A stretch of 63,999 bases of DNA, filler included, from Basidiobolus ranarum (Eukaryota), in NCBI GenBank assembly GCA_040143965.1. It is 14 parts of 14 records of this genome, joined end to end, with 100 filler letters (N's around TTAATTAATTAA, not from the genome) between each part and the next. Parts side by side here need not be neighbours in the genome. Positions count along the whole stretch, not along the records: positions 9,229 to 13,736 come from JASJQH010001937.1; positions 13,837 to 18,340 come from JASJQH010001938.1; positions 18,441 to 22,941 come from JASJQH010001939.1; positions 23,042 to 27,541 come from JASJQH010001940.1; 10 more parts are not named here. The stretch is one strand, 5' to 3'. This document shows, piece by piece, positions 12,701 through 24,570 of this stretch (position 1 is the stretch's first letter; each line of letters starts with the position of its first letter). The position numbers and the translations under genes were made by a program. The notes below the pieces were generated by a model that was not told the origin of the DNA, ran no database searches, and was given only the letters and a program-made list of their open reading frames with translations.

Positions 12701-13736
12701 CTCGCTCTATATGAAAGATCTAGTTCAACCAGAAATAAGCTTGAAAATGGATATTTTGAGGAGCGAGCGTAGGCTCGATTTGGCAAAGGGTACTTGGAGG
12801 TGTCTTTTCGATACGTCAAGATGTCAGTTTAGTATTAATTAAATCCCATTTCACATGATTCAAATCATTTCTGGGAGGGAGGAACGATATGTTGGAGATT
12901 TAGATACCAGTACCGAACCTCAGGTTCCGTTTGATGAATGAACCTGGCATATCACATCCATGTGTAAGCATGATTAGGGTTGAACAGAAATTAAGTGGGG
13001 AAAGGAGTGCCTGAAACAAGTACGTTGGATGTAATTTGTCGCCGTTGGTGATTTTCTGACCAGCTACGCGTCTCACAGCATATCACAAATAGGGTAAAAA
13101 TCACGTTATATTTCCTACCACCGGTAGACTTTGATGATTGGACTACGCTGAGCGAATCAGTGTAAATAATTGGATGAAGAAATAGATTTACTCACCTCTC
13201 TCCGAGCGAATAGATTTACCCCGTCAAAACATACACTGCATCCGATTAAGCTGACCCTTTGGGAGTGGAATGCAATTCAATTCGAGTAATGTAAGCAAGC
13301 ATCTGCGATTTCCCCACACACTGACAGCCCAGCTCTCCTAGGCATTGCCAGGACAAAGACGTTTCCAGTATTACTCCGAGCTAATAAGCTTTTAGCGTTT
13401 GTTCCTTGAAGGAATAAGCCTGTAACGGCACATCTTTGATGAGCCGATAGCCTAACTGTGCTGATCAATATCTGCTTAAGGAAATACTAAGAAAGGTCAA
13501 ATAATTAACGATGGTATCGGTATGTGGCGGATGGTAAACATTCGTAGGGCTTGATTGGATCTATTGCTTGTGCAGGGTGAAGCTGATATGTATCGGGAAG
13601 GACTAGCTGATTTCCACATCATTTCTCGATCTTTTGCCTAGCTGCCATGTCGGCTCTAGGGAATTTGGTCGATGGTGGCAGCCAGTTCAACCGCTGTACA
13701 TGGATGCTCATGCACTTGATGCTTCAAGCTCAGAGG

Positions 13737-13836
13737 NNNNNNNNNNNNNNNNNNNNNNNNNNNNNNNNNNNNNNNNNNNNTTAATTAATTAANNNNNNNN
13801 NNNNNNNNNNNNNNNNNNNNNNNNNNNNNNNNNNNN
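13737..13836. other. Artificial contig spacer
   Basis: N44-TTAATTAATTAA-N44. Confidence 0.98.
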
Positions 13837-14580
13837 TCCTATGAGATTTCTACTTTTCTGTGCCCAAGCAATTTTGGGTTGTAGTATAGGCTTCATGGTT
13901 CAGCACATATTCAGCCCTGCTAGATTGTCATGGGGATGTTAATATTTTTGATGTAGGGTTGTTTAAAATCCCATATGAGACTGGATGGAGGGAGCAGCAT
14001 GTTGCTATAGCTCAAGTACAGCATTCTGAAGGTCTTGCATTATTATTGAACAATTCTGTAACTGTCAACCATTTGCTTCTGTTTACTGCATTAGCTGCAA
14101 TATTGCAGCATTATTGCTTGTCATGGCCTGTGTAGTAGATTTATAGTTTTAACTTATGACTGCATATAAATCATTACAGTGTTCTGCCAGCAATTCCCTT
14201 GTAATAATTCTATCAAAAGTTTCTGCAGAGGGATGTTCAATAGTGGGCAAAAAAGTCATTTTGGAAGTTGATGGTCTTGAGGGTGTTTTGGTTGAACTTT
14301 GCCCAACTATTGATTTACTATGTAATCTGGGGATTACAATCTCTTCACTTGCCCTATTGCTGGAAAGGAACGCATCTGGTAAACTAATTAATGATTCATC
14401 ATTACTCAATTAAGTTTCAGGCATGTTAGTAACTTCCAAAATGGTAGTGGATTGCTGGACTGCTAATCAATTAAGTCCTCTGTTCTTGCTAGTTCTTTTC
14501 CTCTCATGCAAGTAGGCTTTGGCTTGGAAGCCAATTTTGATTTAGATTTTGAATGCTTTTTGTTTGGCATTGACATTTTC
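13837..14580 (-). pseudogene. Degenerate ORF divergent from the CACTA transposase (possible element ORF2)
   Basis: Broken reading frame (MSMPNKKHSKSKSKLASKPK...SNDESLISLPDAF...AETFDRIITRELLAEHC) with the same CpG-poor composition as the element; no recognisable domain. Confidence 0.3.
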
Positions 14581-14723
14581 TGATGGTAAACTTGGGGTAA
14601 TGAAATTACTTAGAAACAGCATATCATAAACAAAATTGCTATCCATTGCCATAAATATCTTGTAATTCCTTGAAGACTCATCTGTGACACTGTCTTAGAA
14701 GCAGCTGGTGATATTGATTGGCT

Positions 14724-17570
14724 GTACCTAAATTACCACCCTTACATAGGAGGTGTTTTTTTTCTGCATTATTCTTCTCATGCCGCAACACAAATGTTGA
14801 AAGAAGGCCTGCTAGTTTTGTCACAAACTCTTGTGCTATGAAAGCTGGAGGCTTCATAGAGAAAATAATCACAGGCATGGCCACTATACATAGCCTGCGG
14901 CTTCACAAAACCTGGCCAATGTCAACAGTAATAAGTGCAAAAAAGCAACTGTAGTTTTGTTCACAGAGTCCACTGACTATGCCTTGCCTCAATGTTTTGG
15001 TAACACTGCCAAAAGTCATGATACCATGGAGTTACCAAAATTATACAAACTGAATGATGTAGGTATAGATGCAACTTTGGTCAAACCAGTAAGTCCACCC
15101 AACTTTGGGGACACACTGCTAGATGTTGACCTTTGTTATTCTAGTACTGATGATGATATATCAAAAGCTGAAGAAGAAGACAGCAGTTTTGTTATGGACT
15201 CTTTGTTATTAGCAAGCATTAGTCCACTCACAACACTTATTGTAAAGGTTGCAGATTTACTTATAAAGAGTGGAGAATTCAATCCAAACTTAGCAACCAG
15301 GTGTTCATTGGTTTTCTTACACTTATTCCACAGTTGTATGGTAACTATTGCTTGCCACAGATCTGGTACAAGTGGCAAACACTTGTTAATCATCAAACTT
15401 AAAAATACTTCAAAATTAAACTACCTTCATGTCCAAATGGTTCTTTGGCTTTAACTAGTGATCTGAAAAACCTGAAGTCATGTACTGTTTGCACACAATT
15501 GGCAATCACTGAATCACGTAAATAATGTTTGTATTTGGCTCACACACCATTCATTCCTCATCTTAAAGTTTTGATGAAATCACCCAAATATATATTGTTG
15601 ATCTAATACCAAAGTACTCACCATAAAGCTGATGGTATTTTCAATATACCTGATGGATATAACTACCAGAATCTGAAAGGTCAAGGTTTCTTTGAGAACA
15701 TGAATGATCAGGCATTTGCATTAGCTCTTCATGGTTTCTCACCAAACAAATATACTAGTGGCAAGGCTTGCTGGCAAATAATTTTGATTAACTGAAATCT
15801 TCCTCCTTTGGAACAGTTTTAGAGTCATAATATTTTGATACTATCTCTCATATTGGGACTTTGACCACCAGTGCTTATAGATAGCTTCTTGGAGCCTTTG
15901 ATTGCAGAATTTCACAGGGTATCTAGTACAGTTCAGATGGCTGATTAATTTATTAAAGCCAGTACCATAGTATGTAAAAAGGATACTCCTGCCATCAGTA
16001 AACTTGGAGGTTTTCATGAGCACTATGCACTATCTTGCTGTAGATTTTGTCAAATCAATTGAGTTCTCTTCGTTAAGCATAAACATTACTACTATCACAG
16101 TACAAAATTAAACTTCATGATTTGACCATCAAGGGCCCAGCTAGATTTCAACATGATCACTGATATCAATTCACCAAATAGTCAGTCTAACGTCAAACTT
16201 GTTATTAGCTGTAAGCCTAAGATTATTTTGCTAAAGGGGATCAGCTGTAGCTAGAGCTTCCCATTTGGCACTATGCACTTACTATTCAACAACTATCCAA
16301 CACTGCTTACTCAGCTATATAGAGCAAAATTCAATATGAATGAGCCACTTGAGATAGGATCAAAGTTTGAATTGATTAGGAAAATGCTTCGAAACAACAA
16401 GATACCATCATATTTTACTAGGACTCTCACCAATATCCACTCATCTAGGTGTTTATTCAAGTGCAGAGACTGGAAGTATTGGATTTGTATATATTCAAGT
16501 GGATTCTTGAAAAGATTTCTACTTCATGAGTTTTGGCAACATTGGAAGTTGTTTGTCAATATTGCTAATATATTCTTATGGCATCAACTCACATTGTCAG
16601 ATCTCAAGCAGATACAGCAACTATGTGAAGATTTTGTATTTGGATATGAAAAACTCAATTACAGGTTTAAAGGAGATAAACCAAATCCATGCCAGAATTC
16701 AATACACTCCCTGCTGCATCTTGCACCATGCTTTGAGATTGTAGGCCCTTGCTATGCATTCTGGGAGTTTCCAATGAAGAGCATCTGTGGCAAAATGATG
16801 CTCCGTGTAAAATCATCAGTATTATTGTATGCTAATCTGATTAATAATGTATCAGCAAAATCTGTTATGGTTGTAATACAATGGGTTAAGGAGACTTCTG
16901 TGTATATTGACATTCAAACAAAGGGCTCTTTTGAGTATGTTCATGGGTTTTCACACTGTTTGAGCATAATAACAGTAACAAAGCCCAATCCATGGACATA
17001 GAGTAAGTACCTCTATAATTTGAACTAATTTGTTTGTGTGATTATCTGATGATATTTCTGGGAAAGCTGCAAGAAAGACTCCCGGATGAGACAGATTGAG
17101 CTATGCAGTATTATTGTTTAAGCCATGGGGTAATCTATTCAAGGAATGACATATCTACTTATGGCACAACATTTGTTGACTGCAAGTCAGGGATATATTG
17201 GCTAAATTCTTTATGAAAATTTGCTTAAATCCAAGTACTTATTTTGATTGTGAACAGTAGCAAGAGTCAGCCTTTTTCCAAGTGTCAGTGCCATTTAAAA
17301 TTTCAGCTGTTTAGCAATTTTTCCACCATTAGTTTGTTGGTAAAGAATATTGATGTTGTTGAGTTATGTCTGATTAGTCAAGTATGCACATATGCTGAGA
17401 CTGAACACAATAAGATTCTTATATTATTTGATTCTCATCATGGCTGGAATACAGAGCCAAAAATATCTAAATACAGGCATGCATATTAATTCAAATTCTT
17501 ACAGCAGTAAACCCAGAGATTTGCCATTTTAAAATCAATTATTTGCAAATATGCCAGAAATTAAGTGATG
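14724..17570 (+). mobile_element. CACTA/EnSpm (CMC) DNA transposon, degenerate Tnp2-family transposase
   Basis: Motifs across stops: ALALHGFSP...CWQIILIN*NLPP...DSFLEPLIAEF...KDTPAISKLGGFHEHYALSCCRFC; SFPFGTMHLLFNN; KCRDWKYWICIYS; SIHSLLHLAPCFEIVGPCYAFWEFPMKSICG. A second copy lies at 35133-36737. Confidence 0.85.
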
Positions 17571-17789
17571 CTGTAGTGTTGCATTTTATGCAAACACTTT
17601 ATTGCAAAAGTTATCCATAAATCAGCCTTTATTAGCTAAAGAAAGGAACTTGCAGAAAAAGAGCAAAGCAGAAGAAACCAAAATTTCAATCATCAACAGC
17701 AGCTTCAATACTATGCAAAAATTCACAAAACCACAGGATTTGAACTCAGCTAAGCCGCAGCTTTCCAAAGAATCAAGAATCACTCTGAT

Positions 17790-18314
17790 ATACCTCAAAT
17801 ACAACATTATACAGGAGGTGTTCTTTTTTCCACAATTTCCTTCTCATGCCATAACACAAATGTTTAAAGAAGCCCTGCTATTCTTGTCACAAATTCTTGT
17901 GCAATGAAAGCCAGAGGCTTCATGGAAAAAATAATTACAAGCATGGTCACTGTACAATGTCACCAGCAGCACAAAGCCTGGTGAATATCAATAGCAAGAA
18001 GTGCACAAATTTAACTTTAGTTTTGCCCACTAAGTCTACTGACTATATTTTACCTCAAAGTTTTGGTAACAATGCCTGATGTCAAGATACCATAGAGTTA
18101 TTACAGTTATATGACCAGAATAATGTAAATAGAAATGCAGCTTTGGTCAAACCAGTAAGTCCAGACAACTTTGAGGACATGCTGCTAGATGTTGACCTTG
18201 GTTATTCCAGTACTGATGGTAGTATATCAGAAGTTGAAGAATAAAACAATGGTTTTGCTATGGACTCTGTGTTATTGACAAGCATTAGTCCACCCATAAT
18301 ACCTATAGTAAAGG
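17790..18314 (+). mobile_element. 5' part of a second CACTA copy (direct repeat of ~14724-15248)
   Basis: Colinear diverged match, e.g. ctttggtcaaaccagtaagtcca and ctgctagatgttgacctt occur in both. Confidence 0.8.
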
Positions 18315-18340
18315 AAGCTTTTGAAATTATTTAGGGAAAA

Positions 18341-18440
18341 NNNNNNNNNNNNNNNNNNNNNNNNNNNNNNNNNNNNNNNNNNNNTTAATTAATTAANNNN
18401 NNNNNNNNNNNNNNNNNNNNNNNNNNNNNNNNNNNNNNNN
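18341..18440. other. Artificial contig spacer
   Basis: N44-TTAATTAATTAA-N44. Confidence 0.98.
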
Positions 18441-18530
18441 GGACATATTCAATTCAATAAACTTAAGTGTCTAATTCACAAATCCAAATCTTGTCCAAAA
18501 CACTTCCAAATGCCCTAAACACTTTTATCA
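18441..18530 (+). repeat. 3' end of a copia LTR (family B), inverted relative to the host element
   Basis: Reverse complement of 21816-21904; ends ...TATCA and abuts the RT/RNase H junction of the minus-strand copia. Confidence 0.7.
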
Positions 18531-21500
18531 ATACGGTGTACCCAGTGGCTGATCTTCTATCATCAAGGAATTTACCCTATTTAGCATCACTGTATCTTTC
18601 CAAGTTTTGTGCATCAGTAATGCCAGAATATATCAGAACTATATCCACAGTTCCTCTCAAATACATGAATATTTGTTTTTCCACAGTTTGGTGCTCAGGC
18701 CCTGGATCTTTGAGCTGTAAGCTGACAGTTCCCACTGCCACCACAATGTCTGGATATATTCCACCAATTGTATACATTAAACTACCCGGCATGGACTAAT
18801 AAAGGAACTCCTGGCTCTGATTTGATTCATTTTAGGCCAAAATGATTTAATTTTGATTAACTTGATATTGAAATTTTGATTAATTTCACATTGGGATCCA
18901 TTAGTGTTGACACAGGCCAGCCTTTCTCAACGTTGAAGCACTTTAGAATATCTAGGCTATATGTAGAAAGATTCAGTGTCATTTTTAGATTGGATTTATC
19001 TCTCTTAATTTGGATTTCATGGAATTAACTTGATACACCTTTATATGTCATCTGAAATTATTAATACACTGCTTTTTTTCAGATTAAGTGCTTCTAGTTC
19101 ATATGTGGCTATAATCAAGTCATTAAAATATAGTGATAAGATAAGGATCCTATTTCTAGTTGTTGTGATGGAAAAACAGTGATATGCTGGGTAGTTTTGG
19201 AATTCCAGTGATTCCAAATAGCTATCTATCTTGTTGTAGCATGCTCTGGGTGCTTGCTTGAGTCCATATAGAAATATCTGCAATTTAACAGCCATGTAAG
19301 ATGTTTTGGGTCATCAAATCTGTCTGGTTGCTCCATATAGAACTCTACTTGTATATTTCCATTCACAAAGGCTGTTTTTACATTCATGGGAAGTACATCA
19401 CGATTGAAGTCAGCTGAGAGTGCCAGCATTGATATAATCGAGTTAAATCTAGCTATTGGAGCATTAACTTCATTAAAATTGATTCCCATATTCTTTGAAT
19501 AGCCTTTTGCCACTAATCCTGCTTTGTATCTTTCAACAGTTCCATCAGCTTGGTTTTTGACTTTGCAGGCCCATTTGCAACCTATTGTCTTTCTTCCTGA
19601 CAGGAGAGGATTCAAAAACCATGGTTCTTTGTCCTGAGATAAAGAAAATGTATTCAAAATTGCCTTTTCCATAAGCTTGTTTTTGGTCACTACACAGCTT
19701 TATCTAGAGTCTATGGCTTGTCACAGAAACCTGCATAAACATAGACAGCATCATTGGAAGTGTTTCATCACTTCACTGGCATATTTCCCCTTCTGTAGGA
19801 GCTTTCAGGTCCTGATTCATCCTCTGATGTAATTAAGGCTGGAATTTGGATAAATTGGGCTCAGGTACTCCTGGAATCTTGTCGCACACTTCCTGAGTAG
19901 TGCGGATTGTGTTTTCTGGATTGCAACTTGTGTTTTGAGATGAAAGATTTGCTCTGTGATCATCAATCATAGCTCTGAACCTAGTTAGCTTACAATTTTT
20001 GGTATCAAATAGTCTGCAGGCCATAGCTCCATCAGATTAACCATGAAAAATATGCATTTACTGCTTTGGGTTCTAACATAGAACATCTTTGAGCTGAAAT
20101 TAGGTGATATGCTATGCAACCAAAGATTCTGAGATAAACCACACTTGATTTAGGCCCATATAGGACTTTGAATGTAGTAGCATTATGTAACAATCTTGTT
20201 TGGGCAGTTCTTTTTCATGTAGACTGCAGTGGAGACAGATTCACTCACTGCTTTGTGGTGCTTGAACATATTTAAGGCTACAGATTTTGATTTGAAACAG
20301 ACACTTAAGTTGGCCTTCATTTCTCATCAATGAAGGTCATAATGTACCTTGCGCCACCAGTGCAATGTTTAGCAAGGGCCCACATCGGTCAGAATGAATT
20401 GGGGCAAATTCAGAGTGGATTTATATCTCTCCAGAGCTTCAAGATTGCTCTCTGGTTGTATTGTCAATGTTTAAACCTGAAACAGGCTGATTTTGGATCA
20501 TTTTGGGTTAGGCATTAATCCCTTATGTGGCCTAATCTTCCATGCCATGTTTGATAGCTTACTACACTAGTTGTGGCCATGAATGCATGAGCTGAATGCA
20601 ATTTGGTTATTTTCCGGATTGTACAAGTTTTGAGTTTAGATAACAGTAGCTAATGTGGTATTATTTTGATGTGTAATAGTGTATTCTGCCTTGCTGAACA
20701 CAAAATCTAGTTCTTGAGTGGTTACTTGTCTTACTGAGAGCAGACTTTTGGCTATATTTGGTACATAGAGTACATTATCCAATTTAGTAGATGGTATAGC
20801 TACATTTTCATTGAAATTAAGCACAACTGTGATCTTGTCAACTGCATCTAGTGCATGACCATTACCAAGTAGACTCTCCTTGCTTTGATGGGTATCAAGC
20901 TGGAAAGCCAATCCTTCTTGTTTGACATATGCTGGGAAACCCTCAAAAAATGTACAATATTTCTGAGTCTTCTTTAGCACTTAATGATAGGGCAGACACT
21001 AAAAACTGCTCCCCATTAGTGTTTACTTAATGTGATTTTTATGAATTTAGCTTTTTGGCAAAAACCTTTTTCTGCAATCTTTGATTAGACAGCCTGGCAT
21101 CTACCAGTACTTATAGATGCTTATTTTATTAGGGTAACCATTGTTGAAGCCTGTTGGATATTTTAAAGCTCCAAAAAATGCCTGACTTGCATTGTTTTGC
21201 TGCAGATTAGATCTGATTAACTCCTGTGTCAAAAGCTGAGCACCAATCTATACTACGGATAATGGCTCTGATCTCTATTCTAAGGCCATTATGAGGTTTC
21301 CAAACTTATCTGACAGGCTCTAAAGTAGTGCCATGACTAAGTCATCTTCACTTAGAGGGGCTCAAATGGATGAGAGCTGACCTGGAATAGTTTTTACCAG
21401 CTGGATATGTTTCTCCATCAAATCATATGAGTTCTTCTGCAATGAGAGTATTTTTGCCTGCTTTTTGGCCTATTAGCCAGACTTTTAGTCTCATGTAGTC

Positions 21501-22156
21501 CTTCAAGTATCTCCCAAACATTTTGTATGTTTTTAGCTGAATGTATATGCCTCAATTGAGAGTACCTAAGATGAAAACAAAGAGTAGAGAGTGTTTTCCC
21601 CTAAGTCTTGTGTAAGGCAAGCATAGATTCTGGTGGTCCCTTTGGCTCTATTTTTCTCCTGTAACAAACCTCCAAAGGTCTTTGTCTGCTAGCACTGTAT
21701 GCAACTTGAATCTCTAAGGGTGAGAGTCTTCATCATCAGAATTCTCTGTGGATACAAAAACTCTGGTAATAACACTAGTAGACAATCCTTTAACAGCTAT
21801 TGTGGGGTCAATATGTGATACAAGTGTTTAGGGAATTTGAATGTTCTGGACAAAATTTGGATATGTGAATTAGGCACTTAAGATTTATTGAATTGAATGG
21901 ATCCTAATTATAGTTTACTAGGAAATATGAACACTGCATATGCTTAGATCAAAACAGATAATGCTGTAAAGCATGGGTAAAGATTCAAGGTGATTTGGTG
22001 CAGTTTTGAGAAAAAAATGAAAATTGCCAAAAGTGATGTAATTGATATTTCTATCACTTGGAGCAATAAGCACACATTTTGAATGTCAGATTTGAGTGCT
22101 AATAGTCAGAATATGAATAAACAAACTAGTCATTTATGAGTTGCTTTATACATAAT
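18531..22156 (-). mobile_element. Degenerate Ty1/copia retrotransposon (5' LTR ~21816-22156, gag, protease, partial integrase, RT)
   Basis: RT motifs KTIGCKWACKVKNQADGTVERYKAGLVAKGYSK, MNVKTAFVNGNI..FYMEQP, LYGLKQAPRACY and YPDIVVAVGTVS; protease-region LDNVLYVPNIAKSLLSV; many stops and frameshifts. Confidence 0.9.
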
Positions 22157-22674
22157 TGTTACAATAGTATATGTATTATTAGCAGTACAATGGTACTATC
22201 AATATATTGGTGTAATCGCCATATCAGTACTATCAATACCTTTAGTGGTTAGTTATCTAGATATCAATTAGTATTAGGCACCAGTCAAATGATGTTTCAG
22301 TAGTTAGTCTTAATAGGTTACATACAGGTATTATGTTCATATTCCTTGCAAGGTTGCATATTTATATTGCTTCCCTCACAGGAGATTACCTGATAAACTC
22401 AACCATGCTATCCCAGCTTGTATTTGCTTATTGCTGCGTTACCCCAGAATCTATTGGCAAAGCACTATGCCACACCAATATGATGTAGCAAGATCCTGTA
22501 AAAGTAAAAAGTTAGATTTGCACTCAATAATTGAGTCAATGCTTGCTAGATCAATCAGTTCAAGTAAAAATAGAGGAGTATCTCCTCTAATCATCTTCAG
22601 TGTATTTAGTGAATACAATACTAGCATATTCCTCCGCCTATAGTTCTTGGCTACTTAATAATTGTATCATAAGA
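22157..22674 (+). repeat. Solo Ty3/gypsy-type LTR (family C)
   Basis: Begins TGTTAC; homologous to ~33270-33745, which precedes gypsy gag; truncates the copia LTR. Confidence 0.65.
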
Positions 22675-22779
22675 CTAAAAGCCAAGCTAATCGACAATTT
22701 CTTGGAGATGGCTAACTCTAAATTCCAATGTATTCAGGTGACTTTATGATCAAACACAAAATGAATCCAAGCATTGGCA

Positions 22780-22941
22780 AATCAGCTTTCATGCATTAGA
22801 GGAACTCTAAATAGCATTATATAGCCATACTAGACTTGTTCCATTTTATTGAGCCAGATCAGGCCAGCTAAAAAGTGTGCCAGCACAAATTGGCATGATT
22901 GGGCACTATCTGGCACAATGTTATTTACCATTTTGGAAACA
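22780..22941. repeat. Dispersed repeat shared with ~53330-53480
   Basis: ttttattgagccagatcaggccagctaaaaagtgtgccagcacaaattggcatgatt matches 53387-53445. Confidence 0.65.
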
Positions 22942-23041
22942 NNNNNNNNNNNNNNNNNNNNNNNNNNNNNNNNNNNNNNNNNNNNTTAATTAATTAANNN
23001 NNNNNNNNNNNNNNNNNNNNNNNNNNNNNNNNNNNNNNNNN
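22942..23041. other. Artificial contig spacer
   Basis: N44-TTAATTAATTAA-N44. Confidence 0.98.
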
Positions 23042-23196
23042 TGACGAAACAAATCTCGTTGCACGCGATGAGCTATTATGGTGATAATAATGTATTTCAG
23101 AGGATAAACACCTACTTTCAAGGTTTTACACTCGCACCAAGGGTAATATTGAGTCAAAGTACGGATTCCATTGACATTCCAACTTAACAAACGCAT
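23042..23196 (-). CDS. APN2: ExoIII-family AP endonuclease, first exon (23196-23116), then intron to the contig edge
   Basis: MRLLSWNVNGIRTLTQYYPW is the typical fungal Apn2/APE2 N-terminus; GTAGG donor follows KTLK. Confidence 0.75.
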
Positions 23197-23801
23197 GTTA
23201 ACTGAGGAAGAATAGATTGTTGTTAAACCAAATAAGTGATACTATATGTGTACTCATCATCAAATCAAAAATACAATAACATCAACCAAAAAGCAGCGGG
23301 ATCAAATGGAATCACATTATCCACCGTGGACTGGCTGAGTTTGGCCAAGTCGGCTAGTATAAATAGCGAGGGTAACTGCTGATTGTATGTTTTCTTTTGA
23401 CAACATCAATCATCGAGTAGCAGAAAAACACTGGCATGTTTTATTCCTGTAGCTGCACGCCCCAACAAAATCAAGCTAGAAACCTGGCCAAGACACGCAG
23501 GTTCCATGTTGCAAAACCCGAATGGGACCCATGGTCTACCATTAGTCTCCCTCAGTCGGTCTTAGGGGGTCATTTAAACTCGATCTATTACGACGTTTAT
23601 GCAATTACCTTGCAAATCATCAATGGTCGCGTGGAGGCTTGAAATTAATGCAAATGTGCTATAGGTTTATTATTTGTCGATAAATGTTCGAATGCTTATT
23701 GATTCATTATCAAAAAGAAAATAATAAATAGAGAATAGTATACAAGATGACGGATCTTCCTACATAGTGAATGATTAAATGGGAGTAAATGGTGACTGTG
23801 A

Positions 23802-24570
23802 CTAATTTCCAATTCCCATGATGCCTCCAATGATGGAGCCAATGGAGTCACTAATGCCAGATGGTACGTTGATCGGACAATCGAAGCTCACATTGTTGTT
23901 TATCTCTGGCCTGATGCCCAACCAAGAGATTAAAGGAATGTCCAAAACTGCGGTATACTTGAGTGGAATCTGGCTCTTTTGGGGAGAAGTAACTCCACAG
24001 TGATTCAATAGGCCGCTCAACGCAGCAGCTGAGTTCTTGTCTGTCTTGGGGTAGTACGTAAGTGTTATGGGTAACAGGAAGTCCAGATTTCCTTTGGCCG
24101 GGAACGTGATGGGTTGACTCAGTGCTCCTTGGCCAACCTGAACACTTGTTCCGTCCGGTATTTGGTAGAATCCCTAGTAATACAAAAGATTAGGAGTGCT
24201 TCACCGAGGAGCATACAATTGAACTTGTACTTACTTTGGCTGTTATATTGCTCAACTTGATACTGATGAGATTTGGATTTTGAACATTAAGCTTTAATAC
24301 TAAAGGAATAGCAATTCCACTGCCAGCATTGAGGGCAAGACTTGTGTAGTCAAGGTTGCCAACTGTGTCCACCCCATTAAATCGAATTTCAGGGTTTCCA
24401 CGCGGAATACAAAAGTAAAGGGCAATTGCAAGCCCGATTAGTACTAGTAGTATGATTAAGCAACATATAGTTTTTGACCGACGAGTTCTACAACAACAGC
24501 AACAACGGCCACGACGTTTATCACTCTTTTCGTGGGTAGTGTATTGGTTCTCCAGAGTCTTTTGGTCCAT
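23802..24570 (-). CDS. Single-pass membrane protein with LEA_2/WHy-like domain; 2 exons (24570-24235, 24173-23802)
   Basis: Cys-rich basic N-terminus (RCCCCCR), TM helix ending YFCIPR, LNVQNPNLISI motif; GTAAGT...TAG intron joins the two ORFs in frame. Confidence 0.8.
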
